Shown: positions 20,028 to 29,030, numbered from the stretch's first letter. The stretch is 62,063 nucleotides of DNA from Chitinophaga pinensis (GCA_943332105.1 CALQOD010000003.1:1-62063); one strand, 5' to 3'. Notes: generated from the letters alone by a model not told the origin. Translations and numbers: made by a program.

Positions 20028-22454
20028 ATGAGAAAATACATAGTGCTGACAGCAATTTTATTACTGCAATTAAATTTTTCCAACGCGCAGACGTGTATTG
20101 GCACTACAGGACTAAAACATGGTCGTGGGTTTTTCAGTTATCTGAGTTATACAAATGATCATCAGATTATTGTTGGTGGTACTTATGCTACTGCAACACA
20201 GCCTTTCTTTGCTATGGATGGTGATACGTTGTACCCTAACCCCGGAGATATATTAACGGCATTTGCGGCTATTCTCGATACGAATTTTAATCTCATTAGA
20301 ATGTTCAATGTTGTTGGATTTAATTATGCTGGTGGCCCATTTACACCGACACGTATTTGGGATATGGCAGTTGATGATAATAAAAACATTTACATTGTTG
20401 GAGGGTATGCGCAAGATACGCTTACAGCAGGCAATGATACGGTAGTTGGTGATGGTTATCTTGAATGTTTTGTTGCAGGAGTTGATTCAATGGGGAATCA
20501 TATTTTTCTCAAAAGCTTTGGCTCATCATCGTGGTGGACAAGCTACGTGTATAGCGATCGTATAACTGCTGCTGCTTGCGATCATGATGGTAACTTATAT
20601 CTTACAGGAACATTCGGTGGATCGTATTTTAAAGTTAACAGCGATAGTATTGCTAACCTAAGTTTTGTAGGAGTGAATGATAAGCCTCATATTTTTACTG
20701 TGTCGCTTACACCTACAGGACAAACACGCTGGCTCAAGGGTTGTGGCGTTCAGAACTATGATGATTTATCATTAGGAATTGCTGTAGATGATAACGGTAA
20801 TGCATCCATCTGTGGAAGTACTGAAGCAAGTAATGCAAATTTTATTTTTGGAAATATTACTTATCTCTATAAAACATCTCCCAATGCATTTCAAGGATAT
20901 GTTGCTAGTTATGATTCTGTCGGTAATGAACGTTGGTTTTTTCCTATTGATTCCTATACCGGTAGCGGAGATGTTAGCGGCTATGATGTGGCGATGGATG
21001 CAAACGGAAATACCTATACGATGGGATTCTTTGAAGGCTATGCCATTTTTAAAGGAGATACTGTTCGTCCACTTTACGGATATACGAGTAGTTACCTTTT
21101 GAAAATAAATCGAACAGGAGCAAAGCAGTTTGTAAAAACAGGACGTATTGATACTTTCTATCCTTTCCCTGGGAAAATTGATTTGAAAGATGATAAAGTA
21201 TTTATTACAGGACAAACCTACACGAATCAATTATGGTTTGACCAGCTTGGATTATGTTGCAGTAATGATGTTTACTTTGCGATGTATGATACAAGTGGAG
21301 TATTGCAGTGGTTGAAGAGCGGGCAAACAGCTGGTTCATCTAATTTGTATTCATCATCAATTGCGATTGGATACAATGGTACTGCTTATGGTGCAGGACA
21401 AGCTAGTAATGGAAACGTGACTTTTATTCCGCAGACATTTAATGCCGCTTCAGCAGGAGAATATTATTTAACGAAATGGAGTTTGTTAAACAATGCAGGA
21501 TTGTCCGTTTCGATTCAGAATAATACAGGAACAGATACTGTGAATTGTGGTGGGTTAGTGCAACTACAAGCGGTAGTGAGTCCGACTACACCAACACCTC
21601 AGTATTACTGGTATGCAGCTACCGATACATTTACATTTAGTTTCCCCGGAGCCAATCTTCCGGCATCTCCTAAGGTGAATACCTTGTACATTGCATCGGC
21701 TTATGTAAATGGGTGTGTTGCCTCGGATAGTATTGTTATTTACTCAACGCCACCTACTCTCGATTTAGGTTCCGATTTGAATATTTGTATAGGTGATACT
21801 GTTCAATTGAGTGCAACGCAATATGCGAATGCAAAGTATTTGTGGACACCAACTGGTGCAGGGTTTAGCAGCGATACCATTTACAATCCTACGATTGCTC
21901 CCGCTAACACAACCTATTATTATTGTAATTTGAATATCAACGATTGTCGTAATCGTGATTCACTATTTGTATTCGTTAATCCGTTACCGTTAGCCGACTT
22001 TACCTATACACCAGGATTTTTAACGATTGATGTTACTTCTATTTCAGATCCATCTGCGCAATACACCTGGGATTTTGGCGATGGCACCCCACAGCAAAAC
22101 GGATTCACCGCACAGCATAGTTATGTGGCTACAGGTTCATACACTATCTGTTGTTACATGCAAACGCTATGTGGCACTGACAGTATTTGTAAAACGGTTA
22201 ATATAACCAATGTGGGATTAGGAGAAAATGTAATTACAGATTTGTTAGTGATTAATCGAGTAGGGGAGTGGGAAATAAAATCTAACTCTGTAATTCAAAA
22301 TTATTCTTTGATGAATGCTATAGGGCAGGTGACGTATTCTAATAGTAACTATTTCAGCAATATTGTTCTTAATAACGAGCAATTGCCGGATGGTATTTAT
22401 CTACTGCAAATAAGGCTTGCTGATAAAATCAAAGTCATTAAGTTGAAGAAATAA
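20028..22454 (+). CDS. T9SS cargo: SBBP-like propeller + Ig-like/PKD domains + divergent CTD
   Basis: D..GN.Y.TG.F repeats; YTWDFGDG...HSY PKD motif; LPDGIYLLQI...KLKK end without YPNP. Confidence 0.8.
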   Translation: MRKYIVLTAILLLQLNFSNAQTCIGTTGLKHGRGFFSYLSYTNDHQIIVGGTYATATQPFFAMDGDTLYPNPGDILTAFAAILDTNFNLIRMFNVVGFNYAGGPFTPTRIWDMAVDDNKNIYIVGGYAQDTLTAGNDTVVGDGYLECFVAGVDSMGNHIFLKSFGSSSWWTSYVYSDRITAAACDHDGNLYLTGTFGGSYFKVNSDSIANLSFVGVNDKPHIFTVSLTPTGQTRWLKGCGVQNYDDLSLGIAVDDNGNASICGSTEASNANFIFGNITYLYKTSPNAFQGYVASYDSVGNERWFFPIDSYTGSGDVSGYDVAMDANGNTYTMGFFEGYAIFKGDTVRPLYGYTSSYLLKINRTGAKQFVKTGRIDTFYPFPGKIDLKDDKVFITGQTYTNQLWFDQLGLCCSNDVYFAMYDTSGVLQWLKSGQTAGSSNLYSSSIAIGYNGTAYGAGQASNGNVTFIPQTFNAASAGEYYLTKWSLLNNAGLSVSIQNNTGTDTVNCGGLVQLQAVVSPTTPTPQYYWYAATDTFTFSFPGANLPASPKVNTLYIASAYVNGCVASDSIVIYSTPPTLDLGSDLNICIGDTVQLSATQYANAKYLWTPTGAGFSSDTIYNPTIAPANTTYYYCNLNINDCRNRDSLFVFVNPLPLADFTYTPGFLTIDVTSISDPSAQYTWDFGDGTPQQNGFTAQHSYVATGSYTICCYMQTLCGTDSICKTVNITNVGLGENVITDLLVINRVGEWEIKSNSVIQNYSLMNAIGQVTYSNSNYFSNIVLNNEQLPDGIYLLQIRLADKIKVIKLKK

Positions 22455-22482
22455 AAAAAGTCGAGAGGTTCCTCGACTTTTT
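22455..22482. terminator. Bidirectional terminator
   Basis: AAAAAGTCGAG/CTCGACTTTTT perfect arms between convergent genes. Confidence 0.8.
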
Positions 22483-22497
22483 AATTAGATTATTTTT

Positions 22498-22971
22498 TTA
22501 ATAAACAACTTCAATATCATCCATGCTTATCCAGCCATCGGTCGATTTATAAGACGAGTTATTAAAGAACTCGATATAGATAAAGTTGTTTTGAACTCTT
22601 ATTGGATTACAACGATCGCCTTTAACGAGGTAGGCTTTGCGTTTTGAGCGACTATCTGCTCGAGAATGAAAATAGGTCTTTCCTGCTACAACAACGCATT
22701 CCGAAGCCCTTTCAAAATCCATTTGCCGTTTAGCATTTTCCACCGACTCCATTCTTTCCTTTTTCTCGTCTATTGCTTCTTCCTTATTTTGCAATTCACG
22801 TTCTTTTAATTCCAATTCTTTTTCTTGAAGCTCTAATTCTTTCTTTTTATTTTCTGCAGCTATTTCATCAGGAGATTTTTCGTTAGGATTGTTAGCTGGC
22901 GCATTACAAGAATTTAAAAACAATGCTGATACAAAAACTGCTATTAAATAAAGATGTTTGTTTGGTTTCAT
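22498..22971 (-). CDS. Hypothetical lipoprotein, coiled coil + SH3-like C-terminus
   Basis: Lipobox FLNSC; KELELKEREL coiled coil; YLVKGD...DGWI. Start moved to ATG 22971. Confidence 0.7.
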   Translation of the reverse strand: MKPNKHLYLIAVFVSALFLNSCNAPANNPNEKSPDEIAAENKKKELELQEKELELKERELQNKEEAIDEKKERMESVENAKRQMDFERASECVVVAGKTYFHSRADSRSKRKAYLVKGDRCNPIRVQNNFIYIEFFNNSSYKSTDGWISMDDIEVVY

Positions 22972-23089
22972 ATAGTTATATGTTTGAAGTCCTAAAAATA
23001 TAAATAAAAAGGCTAATAAGCGATACATATAATATTTTAGATTTTAATTGCTTTACTTTATCAAATAATTAATAATAAAAATAAACCCT

Positions 23090-23497
23090 ATGAAAGCTCT
23101 AATTGTATTTCTAATTTCGGTTTTGGTTTTCAACAAATCAATAGCTCAAAATCTAAACAATCCATTAGATGGTGTTTGGATGGGGACGTATCAGTGTGCA
23201 CAAGGGGAAACCGGTATTCGTTTAACTTTAACTGCTATTACAGATTCTACCTTCGATGGAATTTATGATTTTTTTCCGATTTGTTCAAATTATGCTAAAG
23301 ATGTTGAAGTAGGGAAGTACTATGTAACTGGAAATAACGATAGATACCGCAATATTAAGATATTTGGTAGGCAATGGATTTGGAGACCATTAGACTGGTT
23401 TATGGTCGATTTAAGTGGAAAATTATTCGGTGATAAGATCGAAGGGAATATCGTTCAACAGTCGTGCGGAAATTTTAAAATTATTAAACAGGAGTAG
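23090..23497 (+). CDS. Hypothetical exported protein
   Basis: Signal peptide; GVWMGTYQCAQG beta-rich domain with 3 Cys. Confidence 0.7.
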   Translation: MKALIVFLISVLVFNKSIAQNLNNPLDGVWMGTYQCAQGETGIRLTLTAITDSTFDGIYDFFPICSNYAKDVEVGKYYVTGNNDRYRNIKIFGRQWIWRPLDWFMVDLSGKLFGDKIEGNIVQQSCGNFKIIKQE

Positions 23498-23550
23498 TTC
23501 CAAAATATAAATGAATTTTGTTTTGAAACAAATACATTAAAAGAATTTCG

Positions 23551-23570
23551 CGTCACTAATTCGTCACTAA
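23551..23570. repeat. Tandem CGTCACTAA x2 at 11-bp spacing (integrase arm-site-like)
   Basis: Identical 9-mers at 23551-23559 and 23562-23570. Confidence 0.75.
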
Positions 23571-23617
23571 AAAGGATTGTAGCCCCATTTTGAAAATGCG
23601 AAAGCCAGTCTAACTTA

Positions 23618-23645
23618 AACAGGGTTACAGCTTCGCTGTGTTCCT
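23618..23645 (-). repeat. att-like repeat copy 1: T-arm-derived, with GC-GAA-GC hairpin
   Basis: 24/28 identity to 25937-25964; minus strand AGG-AAC-ACAGC-GAA-GCTGT-AAC-CCTGTT. Confidence 0.8.
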
Positions 23646-23843
23646 AAATCCAATTAAATTAAATTACCGCATTAGATTAATGCAAATTAAAATCTAATTT
23701 AATAGTACTTTAAATTAATCATTATCAAGTAATTGTACATTAACATAGTTTAACCAATCAGTGTTTTCTTATGCTTTCCGTCTTGTCAATTTTAAATTCT
23801 CTTTATCTTTAAATTACTTTTAATCATATATCATTAATTGGTT

Positions 23844-23851
23844 TATTTTCG
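23844..23851 (+). promoter_or_regulatory. -7 box (TATTTTCG)
   Basis: TAnnTTCG 20 nt upstream of ATG 23872. Confidence 0.55.
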
Positions 23852-23871
23852 TTGCTTTAACTTTAATTATT

Positions 23872-25749
23872 ATGTCAAATAATAAACATACCACCATTAG
23901 GTTTAACTCAGAAATGGTTCTTGCGATTATTATTTCTGCCTTTTGTTTTCTTTTATATGCGAATACAATTAATCATGGATATGTTTTAGATGATTTTTCA
24001 ATCATAAGTGATAATACAGTAACAACTAAAGGCATAAGTGCAATTCCAGATATCTTCACTCATTTCTATCGTTATGGATATTATAATTCCGATGACGGAA
24101 TTTACAGGCCACTTTCTGTTGTCATGTTCGCAATAGAATGGTCGATTTCACCCAACAACCCTGCACTGAGTCACTTTGTTAATGTTTTACTTTATGTATT
24201 AACCGGGTTTTTACTATTCAAAACATTACGTAAGTTACTCAATGAGTATGATGAAATTTATCCGTTTATAATAACGTTACTTTTTGTTGCTCACCCTGTT
24301 CATACCGAGGTAGTGGCAAATATAAAAAGTAGAGATGAACTATTGAGTTTTCTATTAGTCATTGCTTCTTTAAATTATTTGTTGGATTATATCGTTAATA
24401 AAAAAACAATTCAATTAATTCAATCTTCAATTTTCCTTTTTGGAGCTTTATTATCAAAGGAAACAGCTATAACTATGTTCGTTGTTTTTCCAATTGGAAT
24501 TTACATGTTTACTGAAGCCGACAGAAAAACCATTTTGAAATCTACTGTTGGATTTGGTATTGTTATCCTTCTGTTTTTAGTAATACGATCTTCCATTTTG
24601 AACGCCGACAATTCAACTTATACAGTAACCTCTTTAGAAAATTTATTACTTGCTGCACCTGATAAATCCCATCAAATTTCGACAGCGATAAAAATTCTTG
24701 GAAGTTATTTGTATCTAACTTTTCTTCCTAACGACTTAATTTATGATAGATCATTTAATCAAATATCAATTGTTAGCTTAAATGATATTAGTTTTATTAT
24801 TTCCTTATTAATATTTGTTTCCTTATTAATTTTTGGAATCACTGGAATTATAAAAAAAAATGCAATCGCATTTGGAATAATATTTTACTTAGCAACTTTA
24901 AGTTTATTTAGTAATTTGTTTTTTACAATTGGAGTAGCAATGGCAGATCGATTTTTATTTTTTGCTTCTTTTGGATTCTGCTTTAGTATCGGATTCTTAA
25001 TACTTAAATTATTGAAGCATGTAAATAAGAAAGCTACTAACTATGAATCGTTATCTAATTTCTATTCTAGGAATCGGAAGGTAATTCAAATAACTGGATT
25101 GATCTGTCTTTTATATTCCATTAAAACTGTTTCAAGAAATGGAGATTGGAAGGATAATTTTCATTTATATTCTGCAGATATCTCGAAGCAAGAAAATAAT
25201 TCAAGGGCACATTTGTTTTTAGGAAATGAGCTCATAAAAAATGTTGCATCATCAGAAAAAGATAAGTTTAAACGTGATCAAATTATTTTTCAAGGAATTG
25301 AAGAAGTTAAAAAGTCGCTTTCAATATATCCTAATAATCCCGATGCTTGGAATACAATAGGTGCAGGATACTTTCAAATTGATAGTGCCGATCAAGCCGC
25401 TTACTATTTCGAGAAAGCAATTAAAACAAACCCCGACGATTTAATGAACCTTGCAGGATTATATTTAGCAAAGCAAGAATTCAACAAAGCTATAGAACTC
25501 TTTGAAAAGGTTTTAGTAAAAAATCCTGATAATCTAGATGTCTTAGTTAATCTCGGGATCTGCTATGGCACTATTAAACAATATAGTAAAGCAGTTAGTT
25601 CCTTTAACAAGGCAGTAATATTAGCACCCGAAAATTCGCAACTTTATTATTATCTTTCTACTGCATATAAATTTAATGGAGATAGTATTAATTGCGAGAA
25701 ATATTATCAAGAAGCCTTAAAGTTAGACCCGAATTTAAATCGACCTTAA
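23872..25749 (+). CDS. TMTC-like multi-pass GT-C protein with C-terminal TPRs (paralog 1)
   Basis: GYVLDD, YRPLS, HPVHTEVVANIKSRDELL, LSKE, ADRFLF, WKDNFHLY; about 11 TM segments, then TPRs. Confidence 0.8.
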   Translation: MSNNKHTTIRFNSEMVLAIIISAFCFLLYANTINHGYVLDDFSIISDNTVTTKGISAIPDIFTHFYRYGYYNSDDGIYRPLSVVMFAIEWSISPNNPALSHFVNVLLYVLTGFLLFKTLRKLLNEYDEIYPFIITLLFVAHPVHTEVVANIKSRDELLSFLLVIASLNYLLDYIVNKKTIQLIQSSIFLFGALLSKETAITMFVVFPIGIYMFTEADRKTILKSTVGFGIVILLFLVIRSSILNADNSTYTVTSLENLLLAAPDKSHQISTAIKILGSYLYLTFLPNDLIYDRSFNQISIVSLNDISFIISLLIFVSLLIFGITGIIKKNAIAFGIIFYLATLSLFSNLFFTIGVAMADRFLFFASFGFCFSIGFLILKLLKHVNKKATNYESLSNFYSRNRKVIQITGLICLLYSIKTVSRNGDWKDNFHLYSADISKQENNSRAHLFLGNELIKNVASSEKDKFKRDQIIFQGIEEVKKSLSIYPNNPDAWNTIGAGYFQIDSADQAAYYFEKAIKTNPDDLMNLAGLYLAKQEFNKAIELFEKVLVKNPDNLDVLVNLGICYGTIKQYSKAVSSFNKAVILAPENSQLYYYLSTAYKFNGDSINCEKYYQEALKLDPNLNRP

Positions 25750-25911
25750 TTTATAATTAACTGGATTGTTTAGTTTTTTTTAACCTGAATTATGTGGAAT
25801 AATTCTATTTTGAAAATTGAAAGTTTTTCTAACGTAACATCTAATAAGTTATAGGCTAAATATGATATATAGGTGGTGCATAAAACAAATTAAAGTGATA
25901 AATCCGTACTA

Positions 25912-25972
25912 GGCTTTTGCGTTTATCTGTGGGAGCAACAGGGTGACAGCTACGCTGTGAACCTGTCAACCC
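25912..25972 (-). repeat. att-like repeat copy 2: tRNA-Val 3' half with hairpin inserted in the T-loop
   Basis: Minus strand GGGTTG-ACAGG-TTC-ACAGC-GTA-GCTGT-CAC-CCTGT-TGCTCCC-A-CAG. The 12-mer TCTGTGGGAGCA is identical at 25926 and 26100, and part of the terminator arm is also copied. Confidence 0.85.
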
Positions 25973-26059
25973 AAAGATGCAAAACAAAAAAGTCAACCCT
26001 TCGGGGTGTTTTTACATGTAGCTTTCTAATTTCTCAAGCAAGCTTGATAATTATTCGCT

Positions 26060-26100
26060 AAATGCAAAAAGCCACTCAAATGGAGTGGCTTTTTGCATTT
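26060..26100. terminator. tRNA-Val terminator (18-bp perfect inverted repeat)
   Basis: AAATGCAAAAAGCCACTC / GAGTGGCTTTTTGCATTT. Confidence 0.85.
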
Positions 26101-26103
26101 CTG

Positions 26104-26178
26104 TGGGAGCACACGGGTTCGAACCGCGGACCCTCTGCTTGTAAGGCAGATGCTCTGAACCAGCTGAGCTATGCTCCC
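26104..26178 (-). tRNA. tRNA-Val (anticodon TAC), CCA not encoded
   Basis: GGGAGCA/TGCTCCC acceptor stem, GCTC/GAGC D-stem, TCTGC-CTTACAA-GCAGA anticodon arm, CGCGG-TTCGAAC-CCGTG T-arm. Confidence 0.97.
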
Positions 26179-26208
26179 CTTCGTTGATAATAATCTTCAA
26201 CGGGGTTG

Positions 26209-26216
26209 CAAATATA
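26209..26216 (-). promoter_or_regulatory. -7 box (TATATTTG) for tRNA-Val
   Basis: Exact TAnnTTTG 30 nt upstream of the tRNA. Confidence 0.7.
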
Positions 26217-26333
26217 GAAAGTCAATCTAAATCTTCAAAATAAATTGATAAGAAGTTTTTAATATGTTAGAGCGTGTTTGTATTGGTAATTATAGGAACC
26301 TTAAGCACTTGAAAACTAGCTGTTTCGTGTAAT

Positions 26334-27092
26334 TTAAGGATAGTATTCTATTTGAACTTGTATAACCTTATTTGGTTTTCCATCCTTATAAACTTGTTGT
26401 AAAATCCAATTGCCCTCTTTGTCGAGTATCTGATAGGCGTTTTTAATCTCCCAAATTTTGCTTCTGTCATTTGCAAATCCAGTGTTTTTTTCTAGTCTGC
26501 CTTTTTCATCATAGACGTTTACAGCCCGATAATCCAACGTGCTGTCGGCTAGATAAATCATTTCTTCAATCAATTGGTTTTTTTCATTGTATTTGTTGGT
26601 CGCCGTGAAATCGATTTCATTATTCCCCTTATATCCAGTAGTACCAATAAGATTGTTTTTTTCGTCGAATAGATTAATCTGTTTTATCGTAGAGTTAGTA
26701 TTATGTTCCGTTGTGCTGATCTCTATTAAATTATTGTTTGTATCGTACTTGTAGGTTGAGGTGTAAAGTAGATTTCCTTCCTCATCTGTTTCCTTCGACT
26801 CAGTTTTTATTTTTTCATCGTTAAAAGAATTTTTTCTGATCGATTCCACTTCATCTTCTTCGTTGATGTAAGTATAACTAATCTCATTTCCATCTGTATT
26901 AAATTCACGTATACTCTTGTTGATTAACTTTCCTAAATGAGGCGCCACCTTTGTACTGTCATAAAAAAATGTACCCATCGTAATCGACTTGATTTTACCG
27001 TTCCAATGCTCTTTAATTAAATCACTTGAATCAGAATCTTTTTTGCAAGCAAACAGAAACGATAGGGCTATAAGAAAGTAAATCTTCTTCAT
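26334..27092 (-). CDS. Lipoprotein with YD/RHS-like beta-repeats
   Basis: Lipobox LFAC; repeated Y(K/V)YD..N/G..E units. Start moved to ATG 27092. Confidence 0.75.
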   Translation of the reverse strand: MKKIYFLIALSFLFACKKDSDSSDLIKEHWNGKIKSITMGTFFYDSTKVAPHLGKLINKSIREFNTDGNEISYTYINEEDEVESIRKNSFNDEKIKTESKETDEEGNLLYTSTYKYDTNNNLIEISTTEHNTNSTIKQINLFDEKNNLIGTTGYKGNNEIDFTATNKYNEKNQLIEEMIYLADSTLDYRAVNVYDEKGRLEKNTGFANDRSKIWEIKNAYQILDKEGNWILQQVYKDGKPNKVIQVQIEYYP

Positions 27093-27195
27093 TTTGTAGA
27101 TTCTATATTTTAATTCAAATTTCGATTTCAAATTTAGTCAAATCCGTTGTTGTCGTTATTCTATATTTAGGATTCTTTGTCAATAATGATATAAT

Positions 27196-27231
27196 AAAAA
27201 AAGGGCTGAATTTCTTCAGCCCTTTTTTTTT
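27196..27231. terminator. Bidirectional terminator
   Basis: AAAAAAAGGGCTGAA / TTCAGCCCTTTTTTT. Confidence 0.85.
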
Positions 27232-27245
27232 ATCATAAGTGAAAA

Positions 27246-28994
27246 TTATTTCACAGTTAACTTTTCGCTATAAGAGAAGTCGTTTCCTTCAACTTTAACA
27301 AGGTATAAACCTGCAGCAAATGTAGAAACATCAACTGTAGTGTTCATTTCATTTAATAAAGCATTGTAGATTTCATTTCCTGTTACATCAAAAATACGAA
27401 CTGTTGAATTGTCATATTTCTTAACCTGAATAGCGATTAAATTCTCAGCTGGATTAGGGAATACTTTTACTCCACCAACATTTGTTGCTTCGTTGATGCC
27501 AGTTGCAGAGCTTACTGTAACTAAGTCAACACGGATAGAACTTGATCCAGCAGCACTGAATGCATGCCATCCAATGTAGTAGTTTCCATTTGTAGGAACT
27601 GTGAAAGTATTACTTGATAAATGGTAAATAGAATCTATAACTTCAGAAGCAATTGCCTGAGTTGAAGTTGCCACATCTTGTGAAGTTGCTAAGAAAACTT
27701 CTAAATCACATGGAGCTTGTAAGTCAAATTGACGGTACCAGTAATCTAATTGGTAAGTAGAACCAGCAGACATATTGAAACATCCTGACCACATCCAATC
27801 GTCGTCAGCAGATCCGCTACCAGCTTTACGGATAGCTTGAGTTCCTGAATATGCTAAACTTGCAACTGGAGCCCAAGATACTCCATCGCCATTTGCATCA
27901 TAAACTGCCCATGCTGATAAATCATCAGCAGGTTCGAAATCCATAACATAAGCAGTTGATAAATTCACTGGAGTGAAGTTGTCTACTGTTACAGATAATG
28001 AGTTGTTAGCGGTATTTGCATCGCCAGGCATAGTTGCAGAGCAATTAACTGAAGAACTAGCACCTGTTGATAGGTTTGCTGTAGCTGTAAATGTATAGTC
28101 AGCGCTACTGTTTGGAGCAATAGGGCCTGGAGCAACTTCATTTACTGCAGCCCCACCGTTTACTGAGAAAGAAACAGGGATGTTAGAGATTGAAGATCCT
28201 CCGTAGTTATTAATTGTAATTGTTACAGGAGTTGTAGATGATAATAAACATCCTGAAGATAAAGTAGACGCTGTAACACCAGCATCCACTGCAGCTGGTT
28301 CAAATAATGTTACATCATCAATCATCCAAGAATAACCACATCCTGGTGCTCCAGCTGGTCCAACAAAAGTTGAAGGACTGTAGAATTCAAATCGAATCCA
28401 TACAGTAGCTTGGTTAGCTGCAACCGAAGAAATATTAATATTAACAAGGTCTGGATTTACGTTAGCAGTTCCCCCAGGGCAAAATTCATTATTTAAAACT
28501 GTAGTATTTAAAGGAAACCCAGTCCAATTAATATTGTCAGTGCTCACAAAAACTATTGTGCTATCATCATATCGACGGTAGTATTGCTCAAATGAAATAA
28601 TTACTGCTGAATTACCACTACAGTTAATAGAATTTACAGTAGTCAAGTCAGCTATTTGATCACCTGAACATAAAAGGTCTGAATCGAATAATGCAAAACC
28701 ATTCGTTGCAGTCGTTGATAAAATTCCAGGAATAGCATACAATCCAGAAGGTACACCTGTGCCAATTACCCAATCATCGGTATTCCCAACTTGATTGGAA
28801 ATATCCCAATTGTTTGGGTCAGAGAAGTCATCCGTCCAAATTGTAGCAAGTGATTTTGGCGTAATACCTTTTTGCGAGCTTACAGTCGGAGCGTAGTGGT
28901 TTTTCCCTTTACCATTTGCCAAACGAGCATCTTGCGAAAACCCTAGTTGAAATGTCGTAATTAAGGAAAGTAAAATAAGTAAGTGTTTTTTCAT
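27246..28994 (-). CDS. T9SS cargo with CARDB/Ig-like and cleaved-adhesin (choice-of-anchor J)-like domains
   Basis: Signal peptide; WAVYDANGDGVSW, DDWMWS; VFPNP...GLYLVKV CTD. Confidence 0.8.
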   Translation of the reverse strand: MKKHLLILLSLITTFQLGFSQDARLANGKGKNHYAPTVSSQKGITPKSLATIWTDDFSDPNNWDISNQVGNTDDWVIGTGVPSGLYAIPGILSTTATNGFALFDSDLLCSGDQIADLTTVNSINCSGNSAVIISFEQYYRRYDDSTIVFVSTDNINWTGFPLNTTVLNNEFCPGGTANVNPDLVNINISSVAANQATVWIRFEFYSPSTFVGPAGAPGCGYSWMIDDVTLFEPAAVDAGVTASTLSSGCLLSSTTPVTITINNYGGSSISNIPVSFSVNGGAAVNEVAPGPIAPNSSADYTFTATANLSTGASSSVNCSATMPGDANTANNSLSVTVDNFTPVNLSTAYVMDFEPADDLSAWAVYDANGDGVSWAPVASLAYSGTQAIRKAGSGSADDDWMWSGCFNMSAGSTYQLDYWYRQFDLQAPCDLEVFLATSQDVATSTQAIASEVIDSIYHLSSNTFTVPTNGNYYIGWHAFSAAGSSSIRVDLVTVSSATGINEATNVGGVKVFPNPAENLIAIQVKKYDNSTVRIFDVTGNEIYNALLNEMNTTVDVSTFAAGLYLVKVEGNDFSYSEKLTVK

Positions 28995-29022
28995 ATTGTT
29001 TTTATTAGGTTTATTTTAACTA

Positions 29023-29030
29023 CGAAGTTA
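29023..29030 (-). promoter_or_regulatory. -7 box (TAACTTCG)
   Basis: Upstream of ATG 28994. Confidence 0.55.

Larger units (their letters stand above)
23551..26104. mobile_element. Probable degenerate tRNA-Val-anchored island/cassette region (no integrase seen)
   Basis: Two tRNA 3'-end-like repeats plus paired 9-mers downstream of the tRNA 3' end; visibly AT-richer than the flanks. Confidence 0.45.

Noticed and set aside
25912-25972. Second functional tRNA gene
   Set aside because: No D-arm, anticodon arm or 5' acceptor strand, and the T-loop is disrupted. Treated as an att-like repeat.
26176-26205. Leader hairpin (CGTTGA/TCAACG) that might sequester the tRNA 5' GGG
   Set aside because: Short stem and weak extension; leader hairpins are common and there is no evidence of regulation.
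23498-26330. Integrase or transposase gene or fragment for the island
   Set aside because: No ORF with tyrosine/serine recombinase or DDE/HUH motifs in the track or visible in the gaps.
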